Of a DNA stretch of 36,990 nucleotides, positions 8,690 through 17,093 are shown piece by piece. Positions within the stretch are counted from its first letter, which is position 1; every line of letters starts with the position of its first letter. Below the pieces are notes generated by a model. That model saw nothing but the letters and a program-made list of their open reading frames with translations, was not told the origin of the DNA and did not search any database. Source of the stretch: Abditibacteriaceae bacterium (GTDB lineage Bacteria; Armatimonadota; Abditibacteriia; Abditibacteriales; Abditibacteriaceae); contig JANPJS010000040.1 of assembly GCA_031425655.1 (NCBI GenBank), positions 1-36,990 of the forward strand, written 5' to 3'. The position numbers and the translations under genes were made by a program.

Positions 8690-11533
8690 TTAGCCGCCGC
8701 CGCCGCCACCGCCGCCTGCTCCACCACTGACGCTGCTCAAATTGAACGACTGGTTCTCGTCAATACCGGTCAGTTTAGGCCACGAATTGGGATGCAGCAC
8801 ATTTTCCGTCAAATCGGGGTTCACCGAGACACGCTTGAGGCTCGGTGTCAGGAAAATCGCCAGTTCGGTTTCGTTGTTTTCAAAGCGTTTGCTTTGGAAC
8901 AGCGCGCCCAAAATCGGAATCTTCGACAAAAACGGCACTTTCGAGACTTGTTGACGCCTGATGTTGCTAATCAAACCGCCCAAAGCGATGATGTCGCCTT
9001 CTTTAAGCACCAAAACATTGTTGACCGAGCGCACGGTTTCGCCGGGAATGAAAGTATTGCCGCGCGTGATGCCGGTTGCCTGATCAAGATCAGTCACGTC
9101 CACGCGGATTTGCAAAATAATGGTGTCATCCGCTAAAACCGTGGGACGCAAGGTCAAAATCACGCCGAAACGGCGAAAAATGATTTGTTCCTGCACGGTT
9201 CCCGCGCCGCCGCCACCGGATTGAATAATCGGAATCGGACGCGCGCCGCCGATGGTGATTTGCGCTTCGGTGCCTTCCAAAGTAGTCACGTTCGGCTTCG
9301 ACAAGATGTTGGCGTTGCCGTTTTGATACAGCGCGTTCAAGCGGGTGCGGAACGGATCAATGATTCCAAAGCCGCCGCTACCGATAAAGCCGTTACCGCC
9401 GAGAATGCTGCCCGGCTGAAACGTAGAATTAATGGTGCGGGTGGTAAGCGAAGGCGTAGCTCCTGTTGTAGTTCGCGTGCCGTCAGGTGCAACAACCACG
9501 GTTCCCGGCGTTCCCGGCGTAACTGACTGGCTGAGCAACTGCGCCGAGCCAAATTCCACACCGAGATTTTTCAGCGAGTTGCGCGAAATTTCTACCACGT
9601 TAGTGTCAATGGTAACAAGGCGCATCGCCGCTTCACCAGCATCTTCGATACGCACGAACATCTGGATATTCGTAGTTGACTTGTAGGCATTCGTCGGATG
9701 TGTGACTGTCGGCACGTCGTTATCGGGCAAACGCAAACCCAGTGCAGTCGCCGTGCTGGTCACTTGCGACTGTCCGGCTTGCTGCGCGTTCGATTGCTGC
9801 AAAACAACCGGCAGAATATCTTTGTAGCGCTGCACGCGGTCGAATTCCAAACGATTGCGAACCGTGCCGTAAACCGCGATGCCATTGCTTGCCGTGCGAA
9901 TGGCGTAAACCGAGGCCAGAGCGGTCACTTCCTGCAATCGGCGCGTCATTTCGCGGTCTTCGGCAGTAGAAATAGGCTGCTCAACCGGAGACGCTCCACC
10001 GGGGCCGCGCACCACCAAAAGCGGCAAGATGCGCTGGTTTAAACTGCCGGCGAGCGCCATCAATTGCTGTGCTTCGGCCTGTGAGCCGACCTCGCCTTTG
10101 AGAACCCAACTTCCGCCCAATGTGGACAATTCAATAGTCTGATTGCCCGTCACCAAACGCAACTGGTTTTGCGCGATTTCTTCGGGTGTCAGTGGATTGG
10201 TATCCGGCAAGAAAGCTTGATCGTAACTCAGCGCATCCTTGGTTACCACAATGCCGTTGATAACTCTGGCCGCGTAAAGGGCGGCGGTTTCTTCGGCAGC
10301 TTTGCGCTCCACTTCCTCGCGCACTCGGCCAGTTAAACGAATCGCCAGACCGCCGGCACCAAGACGCAGCGCCGTAACCTGAATGCGCGGATCGTTAATG
10401 GCGCTACGCACAGCCAACTCCACCGTTTCGGGTTCTTCAACCGTAGGCAATGGCGCATTGCTCGCGGCGTGTTCAACGACGATGTGGAACATATGAAGCT
10501 GTCCCACGGCATCGTCGCCCGGCGTCGCCGTGAACACGGCTAAAGTGGATTTTCCCGGCAAAACGCCGGTGACAGCCAAAGTGCGCGCATTGATGGCGCG
10601 TGCGTCCATGACCGTCGCGTCCGAGAAATACACGGAAAGAATGTTCCGTTGAAACGACAGCAGACTCGCCAGGCCTTTGTTGACGTTGATGACCTTAATC
10701 GGCACGCCCGACGGCAGATTTTGCGGCAGACCGGCGCGCGTCGGGAAGGGCGCGCGGCCCGGAGTGCGCGCGGGCGGCGGCAGCGAAGGCGACACGCGAG
10801 GCGGCGACGGCAGCGGCGCCATGCCGCTCGGCACACCGCCATTACGCGGATATGTTATCGCAGGCGATGGCTCTAAGGCCGGAAGCGCATTGCCGGAGTT
10901 GGCCAAAGGCAGCGATTCGGCGCCACCTTCGGGAGCGACCGGCACTAAAGTCGGAGTTGACTTCTCGATCAGCGCCGTCGAGGCTGGCACCGCGTTCGAG
11001 CTGGCAAGAGGAGCGCGCACTGTTGGTGTGGGTGGCGCAGTCGGCGCCGTGGTGCCGCCCGCCGAAGCCGCGACGGGCACGCCGGACGCCGAGCCGGAGG
11101 GAGAGGTTTGAGCCGAAGCCACCACGCGCACAGCATGAGGAATGCCGTTCAAGGTGAGCGCAACGCGTCCTGTTTCCAATGGCGTGACTAAAATGTAACC
11201 GTCGCCGCGTTCGATGCGCGCCGCTACGGAGCCATCCTGCACTTGATATGGGAAACCGGGACGGAGGTCGAAACGCAGCGATTTGCCCAGCGTTAACCAC
11301 GATTCACCGGCGCCCTGAACAAGCGGCTTGCCTGCCGACGATTGAGTCGCCGGAGCGACTTTGCCTTCGTCGGAGGCCAAAAGCGGCAGCGCAGACAGTG
11401 TCAACGCGGCTAAGACAGCAGCCGGGCCGAACAAAAAGCGGCGGCCCGTCACAACAGAAATTGGCAGCGCAGAAAGTTGTTCAGTCTGGCGGCGATGGAT
11501 CAAATAGGGAGTTTTGCTCATGATCTTTCGCAC
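8690..11533 (-). CDS. cpaC: CpaC/RcpA-type secretin with a Pro-rich N-terminal region, T2SS/T3SS pilus N-domain and BON-like domains
   Basis: C-terminal secretin domain (ANILSKPNVTTLEGTEAQITIGG, FGVILTLRPTV, IIALGGLI, KVPFLSKIPILGALFQSKRFENNETELAIFLTP); pilus N-domain LAVTGVLPGKSTL; BON-like LTGRV and LKGEV segments; between cpaB and cpaE. Start could be 11521. Confidence 0.85.
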   Translation of the reverse strand: MRKIMSKTPYLIHRRQTEQLSALPISVVTGRRFLFGPAAVLAALTLSALPLLASDEGKVAPATQSSAGKPLVQGAGESWLTLGKSLRFDLRPGFPYQVQDGSVAARIERGDGYILVTPLETGRVALTLNGIPHAVRVVASAQTSPSGSASGVPVAASAGGTTAPTAPPTPTVRAPLASSNAVPASTALIEKSTPTLVPVAPEGGAESLPLANSGNALPALEPSPAITYPRNGGVPSGMAPLPSPPRVSPSLPPPARTPGRAPFPTRAGLPQNLPSGVPIKVINVNKGLASLLSFQRNILSVYFSDATVMDARAINARTLAVTGVLPGKSTLAVFTATPGDDAVGQLHMFHIVVEHAASNAPLPTVEEPETVELAVRSAINDPRIQVTALRLGAGGLAIRLTGRVREEVERKAAEETAALYAARVINGIVVTKDALSYDQAFLPDTNPLTPEEIAQNQLRLVTGNQTIELSTLGGSWVLKGEVGSQAEAQQLMALAGSLNQRILPLLVVRGPGGASPVEQPISTAEDREMTRRLQEVTALASVYAIRTASNGIAVYGTVRNRLEFDRVQRYKDILPVVLQQSNAQQAGQSQVTSTATALGLRLPDNDVPTVTHPTNAYKSTTNIQMFVRIEDAGEAAMRLVTIDTNVVEISRNSLKNLGVEFGSAQLLSQSVTPGTPGTVVVAPDGTRTTTGATPSLTTRTINSTFQPGSILGGNGFIGSGGFGIIDPFRTRLNALYQNGNANILSKPNVTTLEGTEAQITIGGARPIPIIQSGGGGAGTVQEQIIFRRFGVILTLRPTVLADDTIILQIRVDVTDLDQATGITRGNTFIPGETVRSVNNVLVLKEGDIIALGGLISNIRRQQVSKVPFLSKIPILGALFQSKRFENNETELAIFLTPSLKRVSVNPDLTENVLHPNSWPKLTGIDENQSFNLSSVSGGAGGGGGGGG

Positions 11534-11623
11534 CTTGGCGTGTGCATACGTTTAACGGCAAAAGTCAGGGCAATACGGCCACCTGATGTGCTATAAATCG
11601 CGCAACCTGGCCACGCGATGGGT

Positions 11624-11652
11624 GCCGCCGCGCTCTTGACGAGTGCGGCGGC
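11624..11652 (-). other. GC-rich stem-loop between cpaB and cpaC
   Basis: GCCGCCGCGCTC-TTGAC-GAGTGCGGCGGC, 9 nt after the cpaB stop. No U-tract on the coding strand, so more likely an mRNA stability or processing hairpin than a terminator. Confidence 0.55.
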
Positions 11653-11661
11653 CTGTTCTCT

Positions 11662-12813
11662 TTACTGCGGCAGCGGCACCGTCGTGGTGCGCGCCGGCTG
11701 TCCGTCGGGATAAACCGTAATCTCGTAAGTCTTCTTCACAGGGACGGGTGGGACCCACGGTATCGGGCCACCCATTGGGCCGCCCATTGGGCCGCCCATT
11801 CGTGGCAAATCAGGTAGTGGCCGGTCAACCATCGGACGGCGACCGCCGCCGGTCGAAGCTTCACGAATCGGAGCGCGGGCCGGTGCGGTCGTTCCGCCGC
11901 CGCTACGCTTGGTCGAAGCCGCGTAAGGCGCGACCATCGGCTTGGTCACGCGCGCTTCGGTGAGTTGGCGCTCTGAAAGCGTGGTCGGGCGCGGCTGAAT
12001 CACGAAATCGAGCGGCGCGTTCGAGGCTTGGGCTAAAGCGATGGCTACCACTTGATCGGGCCGCACTTCGAGCGTAATCGAGGCTTCGGGCCGCGCTTGT
12101 TGCGGTGTGCCGGCGGCTGGAGTGGGAGTCGGCAACGGCTCGCCTCTGTCATTTACTAAGGGCTGGCCCTTCGCATCCGTAGTCGGCACGCCGCCGGGAC
12201 GGTCGTCGCCGCGATGAGAGCCGCGCTTGGCAACCGACGCTTTTTCGTAGTTGGCGCCGTAAACATCAACGGCCAACACGCGCGCTCCATCGGCTAAGAC
12301 GCGAGTTTCAGCTTGATCGAAGGTCGCCACCACGTCTACGAAATCGCCGATGGAAACTATATCGTGCAGCGTCGCTTTGTTGGTAACGGGAATTGACATG
12401 GCGCGATAGCCGTCCTGCAAAGCCGCCGACACACCAAGTTGGGAAATATGACCCTTTAAATCAAGGATGCGCAGCTTATCGTCTTTCGAGATCGGCTTGT
12501 TGGTGATATGGCCGACGCCCTGCCTACGCAGGCTGGTGACGTATATATCATCCGTTTCGCCGGTTTCCAGAGCAGCCGGCTCGAACATATCCGAGGTGAG
12601 AATGGCGTTCTGAGGAATGTCAAATCGCGCTTTGAAAGCTAATCCCGTTTCGACGGGCGGGGTGCCGTCCGTCGAAATTGGCACCATGTTCCCGTTGGGA
12701 TTGTTGACGATACGCGGGGCTGGGTCATCACGGCGAAGAGAATTCCAGACGAGCAGGCCTACTGCCAACAAAATAATGATCAGGCCGACTTGTGCCAGGC
12801 GGTTAAGGCGCAT
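11662..12813 (-). CDS. cpaB: Flp pilus assembly protein CpaB/RcpC (SAF domain + RcpC domain)
   Basis: N-terminal TM helix; SAF-like ARFDIPQNAILTSDM; GYRAMSIPV, IGDFVDVVATF, ARVLAVD, ITLEVRPDQ; AGGAAAGG RBS. Confidence 0.88.
   Translation of the reverse strand: MRLNRLAQVGLIIILLAVGLLVWNSLRRDDPAPRIVNNPNGNMVPISTDGTPPVETGLAFKARFDIPQNAILTSDMFEPAALETGETDDIYVTSLRRQGVGHITNKPISKDDKLRILDLKGHISQLGVSAALQDGYRAMSIPVTNKATLHDIVSIGDFVDVVATFDQAETRVLADGARVLAVDVYGANYEKASVAKRGSHRGDDRPGGVPTTDAKGQPLVNDRGEPLPTPTPAAGTPQQARPEASITLEVRPDQVVAIALAQASNAPLDFVIQPRPTTLSERQLTEARVTKPMVAPYAASTKRSGGGTTAPARAPIREASTGGGRRPMVDRPLPDLPRMGGPMGGPMGGPIPWVPPVPVKKTYEITVYPDGQPARTTTVPLPQ
11765..11800 (-). repeat. 3 x 12-bp coding tandem repeat (MGGP)3
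   Basis: GGGCCACCCATT GGGCCGCCCATT GGGCCGCCCATT in the Pro-rich tail of CpaB. Confidence 0.85.
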
Positions 12814-12938
12814 CGCAATACCTTTCCTTTTCTGAGGTTTATTCGCAAGCGTCGTTAAGAGTAAAGAGGCTCGGTTTTCCTACGACTAACGATCTGGGTT
12901 TTGGGTGCGGCCATCTACGCCTTCGGCGCGATGTAGTC

Positions 12939-12968
12939 AGCATAGCACACCGTTTCGCGCCGCTGCAA
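12939..12968 (-). promoter_or_regulatory. Putative sigma70 promoter for cpaBC
   Basis: TTGCAG-N18-TATGCT with extended -10 TG on the minus strand. Confidence 0.45.
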
Positions 12969-13110
12969 GGGCAATTAACCTGATATTCCCTTGCGCTGCA
13001 ACACGAAACTTTAACGCCACAGCCATTATAACCGCTGTTGTCACGCTGCGTTTGTCTCTGTGATTGCTCTCGTTCCCGAAATCCTCACTATTTCAGAGAA
13101 AATTGCCGCT

Positions 13111-14490
13111 TTATTGCGCGTTGTCATCCAGTTTCGACGATGAGTTTTGCGGAGGCCATAAAATCAGCGATAGAATGCGTTGGCGATCCACGGTTTCAAC
13201 GCGCAAGCGAGCGCTGCCGACTTCGATTTCGTCGCCCGGCACGGCCACGCGTCCTAAAACATCCATCATCAAACCGGCGATAGTATCGGCTTCTTCCGTT
13301 GGAAAGCCGGTGCTGAAGCGCTCGTTCACTTCTTCGATGCGCACGCGCCCGTTCAAGCGAATAGTGCCGTCGGTTTGAGGCAAAATTTCCGGTTCGGGGC
13401 GGTCGAATTCGTCGTGAACATCGCCAAATGCTTGTTCCAGCAGGTCGCCCATCGTGATAATGCCCGACGTGCCGCCGTATTCGTCAATCACGACCGCCAT
13501 TTGCTGGCGACGGCGCTTGAATTCCACCAAAACGCGGTCAATCGTCACGGTTTCGGGAATTCGCACCGCTTCGCGCACGATTGTCATCAGATTAAGAGTT
13601 TGGTTGCCGGATTCTTCGGCGGGCAGGGCCGCGGCCAAACGCACCAAATCTTTGATATGCGCAATGCCTAAAATATCGTCCAATTTATCGCGATAGACCG
13701 GCACGCGCGTGTGCGGCTGTTGTTGAAGATACGCTTGCAATTGCGCCCGCGTCATGGAAACCGGCAAGGCCGACATTTCCACGCGCGGCACCATGACTTC
13801 GCGCGCCGCTAAATCGGAAAAGCGCACTACGCGATGCAGAATTTCAAATTCGGTTTTGGTTAATTCGCCCGCATCGTGCGATTGTCCGAAAAGCAAATCG
13901 AGTTCTTCGGGCGAATGCACCTGCGCGTGACCTGCGGCGCCGTGCATTCCCAACAATTTCAACAGGAAATTCACGCTGAGGTTGAGCACCCAGACCAACG
14001 GCGAACACAGCCAGGTAATCGCTGTCATGGGCCGCACGATCAGCATAGCGGAGACATCGGCTTTTTGAATGGCGATGGTTTTGGGCAACTGCTCGCCTAA
14101 AATGACGTGCAAGGCCGTCATCACAAGATAAGCCAGCCAAAGCGCCACGACGCCCGCTGCCAGCGCCTGACCTTTTTCCGGCAAACCGGCCATAACCAGC
14201 AACGGCGTAAACAAGTGATGAAAGGTGCGCTCGCCAATCGCGCCCAAAAGCAGCGAGACGACGGTGATGCCGACCTGCGCCGCCGCGATATGGCGATCCA
14301 TTTCACGCAAAGCGCGTTGCACTAAGGCCGCCGAAGCGTTGCCCTCCGTGGCTAATTGGTCAATGCGTGTTTTGCGAACCGAAACTAACGCGAACTCGGC
14401 AGCCACGAAAAAAGCGTTGGCCAAAACCAGCGCGGCCACGATGGCCAACTGAGTCGCAACGCTGGCCAGATTCAATTCTTCGTGGGGCAT
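13111..14490 (-). CDS. Hemolysin family / CNNM (DUF21)-CBS-CorC_HlyC membrane protein
   Basis: NAFFVAAEFALVSVRKTRI, AQVGIT, LHVILGEQLPK, REVMVPR, HTRVPVY, MAVVIDEYGGTSGIITMGDLLE, and a C-terminal CorC_HlyC domain. Confidence 0.93.
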   Translation of the reverse strand: MPHEELNLASVATQLAIVAALVLANAFFVAAEFALVSVRKTRIDQLATEGNASAALVQRALREMDRHIAAAQVGITVVSLLLGAIGERTFHHLFTPLLVMAGLPEKGQALAAGVVALWLAYLVMTALHVILGEQLPKTIAIQKADVSAMLIVRPMTAITWLCSPLVWVLNLSVNFLLKLLGMHGAAGHAQVHSPEELDLLFGQSHDAGELTKTEFEILHRVVRFSDLAAREVMVPRVEMSALPVSMTRAQLQAYLQQQPHTRVPVYRDKLDDILGIAHIKDLVRLAAALPAEESGNQTLNLMTIVREAVRIPETVTIDRVLVEFKRRRQQMAVVIDEYGGTSGIITMGDLLEQAFGDVHDEFDRPEPEILPQTDGTIRLNGRVRIEEVNERFSTGFPTEEADTIAGLMMDVLGRVAVPGDEIEVGSARLRVETVDRQRILSLILWPPQNSSSKLDDNAQ

Positions 14491-14573
14491 GGTTTAATTG
14501 TCGCGGAAGGGTGAAACGAGTAGAAAAGAATGAAAAACGGCTGTCAGCCTCAAAATCATCCTATAAAACAGAG

Positions 14574-14601
14574 GAGCGTGGTCAGCCTTGCTGCCACGCT
14601 C
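14574..14601 (-). terminator. Terminator after tRNA-Thr
   Basis: Minus strand GAGCGTGG-CAGCAAGGCTGA-CCACGCTC followed by CTCTGTTTT. Confidence 0.6.
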
Positions 14602-14617
14602 TAAAAACACTCTTTTA

Positions 14618-14689
14618 AGCCACCTGTCGGATTCGAACCGACGACCTGCTCATTACGAGTGAGCTGCTCTACCCCTGAGCTAAGGTGGC
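14618..14689 (-). tRNA. tRNA-Thr (anticodon CGT)
   Basis: Minus strand GCCACCTTAGCTCAGGGGTAGAGCAGCTCACTCGTAATGAGCAGGTCGTCGGTTCGAATCCGACAGGTGGCT folds as a canonical cloverleaf; CCA is not encoded. Confidence 0.96.
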
Positions 14690-14755
14690 GACTGATTAGA
14701 AACTTTTTCAAAATGGCCGTGCGCCTGCGAAGAGAACTTCCACTTCGCGGGGAAC

Positions 14756-14784
14756 ATTATAGCCGTAGAACAGGCCGGGTTCAA
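14756..14784 (-). promoter_or_regulatory. sigma70 promoter of tRNA-Thr
   Basis: TTGAAC-N17-TATAAT on the minus strand, upstream of the tRNA. Confidence 0.7.
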
Positions 14785-14800
14785 GGGAAAACGGCTTCGC

Positions 14801-15700
14801 TTAACGCGCATACGGCGTCGGTTTTTTGGCGCGATTGCCAAAAAGTGCGCCGAAAAACGATTTTTTAGGTGGCGCAGCACGAATTTCCGGCGCCGCGACG
14901 TATTCGCCGGCCAAAATCCGCCGGGGATTCTCTAAAAAGATGCGCCGCGCCGCATCTTCGCCGACTGTGGCCACGACTACGTCCACGGCATCGGCGAGCT
15001 GAATTCCGGCATCGGTGTGTAAATCGCCGGCAATGATCGAAACCATGCCGCGCTCCAACATTTTCATGGCGGTTTTGTAAGTCGGGCGATTGTCGGCGTT
15101 GAGAAAACTGCGCGCCGTAATCTGGAGCAAAGCGCCCTGCGCCGCCGATTTTTCGATGATTGTCAGGTCGCGCTGCACATTGAGATAACGCTCCGGGTGC
15201 GCAATGATGATCGAAACGCCTTTGAGCGACAATTGAAACAGCATTTTGTCGCCGAATTCCGGCCATTCCGGGAAAGGCGATTCCAGCAAAATATACTGGC
15301 TTTGCCCGCCGACGGTCAGCCACGCATGGCGCCCGACGCGGTCGGCTAATTCGGGCGCGGCCAGCGATAATTCGGCGCCGGGAATCAGTTCGATGGCAAT
15401 TCCCGCCGCCGCAATCTCTTTATTGAGCCACGCAGTCTTCGGTGGAATCTCACGAGATGGCTTTTCCGGCCCGCGCACCTGGCGCCCGACGTGCGGCGTC
15501 ACTAAAATCTTGCGAATGCCCGACTCAGCCGCGCGCCGAGCCATGCGGATGGATTCTTCCAAATCGCGCGGGCCGTCGTCCCAGTCCGGCAAAATGTGGC
15601 AATGCAAATCGGCTTCGGGCACTAAAACCGAGGCGATTTTCGAAGCGTCCTGCGGAGCAGGAGCGGAAAAGTGAGCAGACTGCGATGCGGCTGAATTCAT
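14801..15700 (-). CDS. CpsB/CapC/YwqE-family PHP-domain tyrosine-protein phosphatase
   Basis: DLHCHILPDWDDGP, ILVTPH, IPGAE, YILLESP, IIAHPERY, IIAGDLH, ENPRRIL. Confidence 0.9.
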   Translation of the reverse strand: MNSAASQSAHFSAPAPQDASKIASVLVPEADLHCHILPDWDDGPRDLEESIRMARRAAESGIRKILVTPHVGRQVRGPEKPSREIPPKTAWLNKEIAAAGIAIELIPGAELSLAAPELADRVGRHAWLTVGGQSQYILLESPFPEWPEFGDKMLFQLSLKGVSIIIAHPERYLNVQRDLTIIEKSAAQGALLQITARSFLNADNRPTYKTAMKMLERGMVSIIAGDLHTDAGIQLADAVDVVVATVGEDAARRIFLENPRRILAGEYVAAPEIRAAPPKKSFFGALFGNRAKKPTPYAR

Positions 15701-15732
15701 CCTGTTCCCAACGAGTGGCTGTTGAATGCAGA

Positions 15733-15760
15733 ATTATAGCAAACACCACTTTGATAGCAA
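15733..15760 (-). promoter_or_regulatory. Putative sigma70 promoter of the phosphatase gene
   Basis: TTGCTA-N16-TATAAT with extended -10 TG on the minus strand. Confidence 0.55.
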
Positions 15761-15869
15761 ATTTCACTTGATTGCAAAGCTCATTCCGCGCATCGCTGCC
15801 GATTTATGTCTTCGCGGGTTTCAATGCCCAGCCCGCGATGCGGTCGCCCTTTAGCCAGCAGTGCTAATA

Positions 15870-16087
15870 ACCCAGGTTGCTACCGACTCAGCATTTTTGG
15901 AGTGCGCATATTTGGAGTGCGCGAACTGGTTCGCGCTTTTCAAGCCGACTTATCGGCGTTCAGCCTCAACAACTGCGAATAACGGGCTGTAAAACTTCAA
16001 AAATAGGAGAAACGCAGGGTTCCTGCCGATAAATCGGCTCCTCAAAGCGGCACCGAGCCGCCGCACTCCACAGACAGCAACCTGAGT
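15870..16087. mobile_element. MITE-like element carrying an inverted REP-like doublet
   Basis: Terminal inverted repeats ACCCAGGTTGCT / AGCAACCTGAGT (11/12) flanked by TAATA direct repeats (15865-15869, 16088-16092). Inside: TGGAGTGCGCGAACTGGTTCGCGCTTT..GCCGACTTATCGGC and the inverted GCCGATAAATCGGC..AAAGCGGCACCGAGCCGCCGCACTCCA. Confidence 0.65.
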
Positions 16088-16234
16088 TAATAATGTGGGA
16101 CGGCGTGTCTTTCTACTTTTCGGCGTAGACATTTGTCTGAACTGGCACGCAGCGTGCCGAAATTGGCGTGGCTTCATTTCGTGGGCGCGTTTTAGTTTTC
16201 TCGTTGCGCTCCTCGTTTTGAAACCTCATAAACC

Positions 16235-16924
16235 ATGAATATACGTCGAAGTGCGCTGGCTTTAAAAGATTTGCTGTGGAAACACCGAGTCGAGCTGCTG
16301 CTGCTATTTTGCGGTATGGCAGTGCCTCTGATTTTGCTTGAAGACCTGATGGAAGGCGTGCATCGGCAGCACAACTGGGGCTGGGATGAGCAGATTTTGC
16401 AACAAGTTCACGGGCACGCCTCACCGCGTAAAGATTTCGTGGTTTATTGGGCTACCAAAATCGGCTACTGGCTGGCGCTGCCGATTTTGGGCGGGGCCGT
16501 CTTTTTCCTGCGGCATTTGAAAAACGCGGTCGGCGCCGCTTATTTTGCCCTGACCGTTTTCGGCGCGTGGATTATGGACGGTATTGTCAAGATATTTTTC
16601 GGACGCGCGCGGCCCGATTTATGGACTTCGATTCTGCCCGAAACCAGTTTCAGTTTTCCCAGCGGCCATTCGATGATTAGCATGGCGCTGGCCTTTGCCA
16701 TCGTGGTGCTACTGTGGAACACGCGTTGGCGCTGGATTGTGCTTATTCTCGCGCCGCCGGCGGTGTTTTTAGTCGGCTTGTCGCGCATTTATCTGGGAGT
16801 TCACTACCCGTCCGATGTGCTGGGTGGCTGGAGCGCCGGGCTAATCTGGGCAACGGGCGTTTATTTCATTTGCCGGCGTAATCTGCGCGCGGCGCTCCCG
16901 CAAAAAGACACTTATAGCGGTTAG
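16235..16924 (+). CDS. PAP2-family membrane phosphatase (undecaprenyl-diphosphatase-like)
   Basis: KIFFGRARP, SFPSGHS and SRIYLGVHYPSDV motifs; multiple TM helices. Confidence 0.93.
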   Translation: MNIRRSALALKDLLWKHRVELLLLFCGMAVPLILLEDLMEGVHRQHNWGWDEQILQQVHGHASPRKDFVVYWATKIGYWLALPILGGAVFFLRHLKNAVGAAYFALTVFGAWIMDGIVKIFFGRARPDLWTSILPETSFSFPSGHSMISMALAFAIVVLLWNTRWRWIVLILAPPAVFLVGLSRIYLGVHYPSDVLGGWSAGLIWATGVYFICRRNLRAALPQKDTYSG

Positions 16925-17093
16925 GAAACGTAGCCTTCCTCCCTTTGGGCGGGTGCCCCTCTAATTGCTTTAACGGGCTTAACTCGTCCCGTTTTCGCTT
17001 GCTGCGCCCTGAATCGGCAAAAAATTCCTCTAAAAATTGGGTTTTCCGTTCGGTTGGCCGCGCGAGGCGACATTTAAGAAGTGAAAGGGCGAA

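Noticed and set aside
12814..13110. Riboswitch (e.g. c-di-GMP) upstream of cpaB
   Set aside because: Only small hairpins and a promoter-like motif; no recognisable aptamer consensus by eye. An Rfam scan would settle it.
1187..14689. Genomic island integrated at tRNA-Sec or tRNA-Thr
   Set aside because: No integrase and no duplicated tRNA 3' end were seen; the intervening genes are mostly housekeeping.
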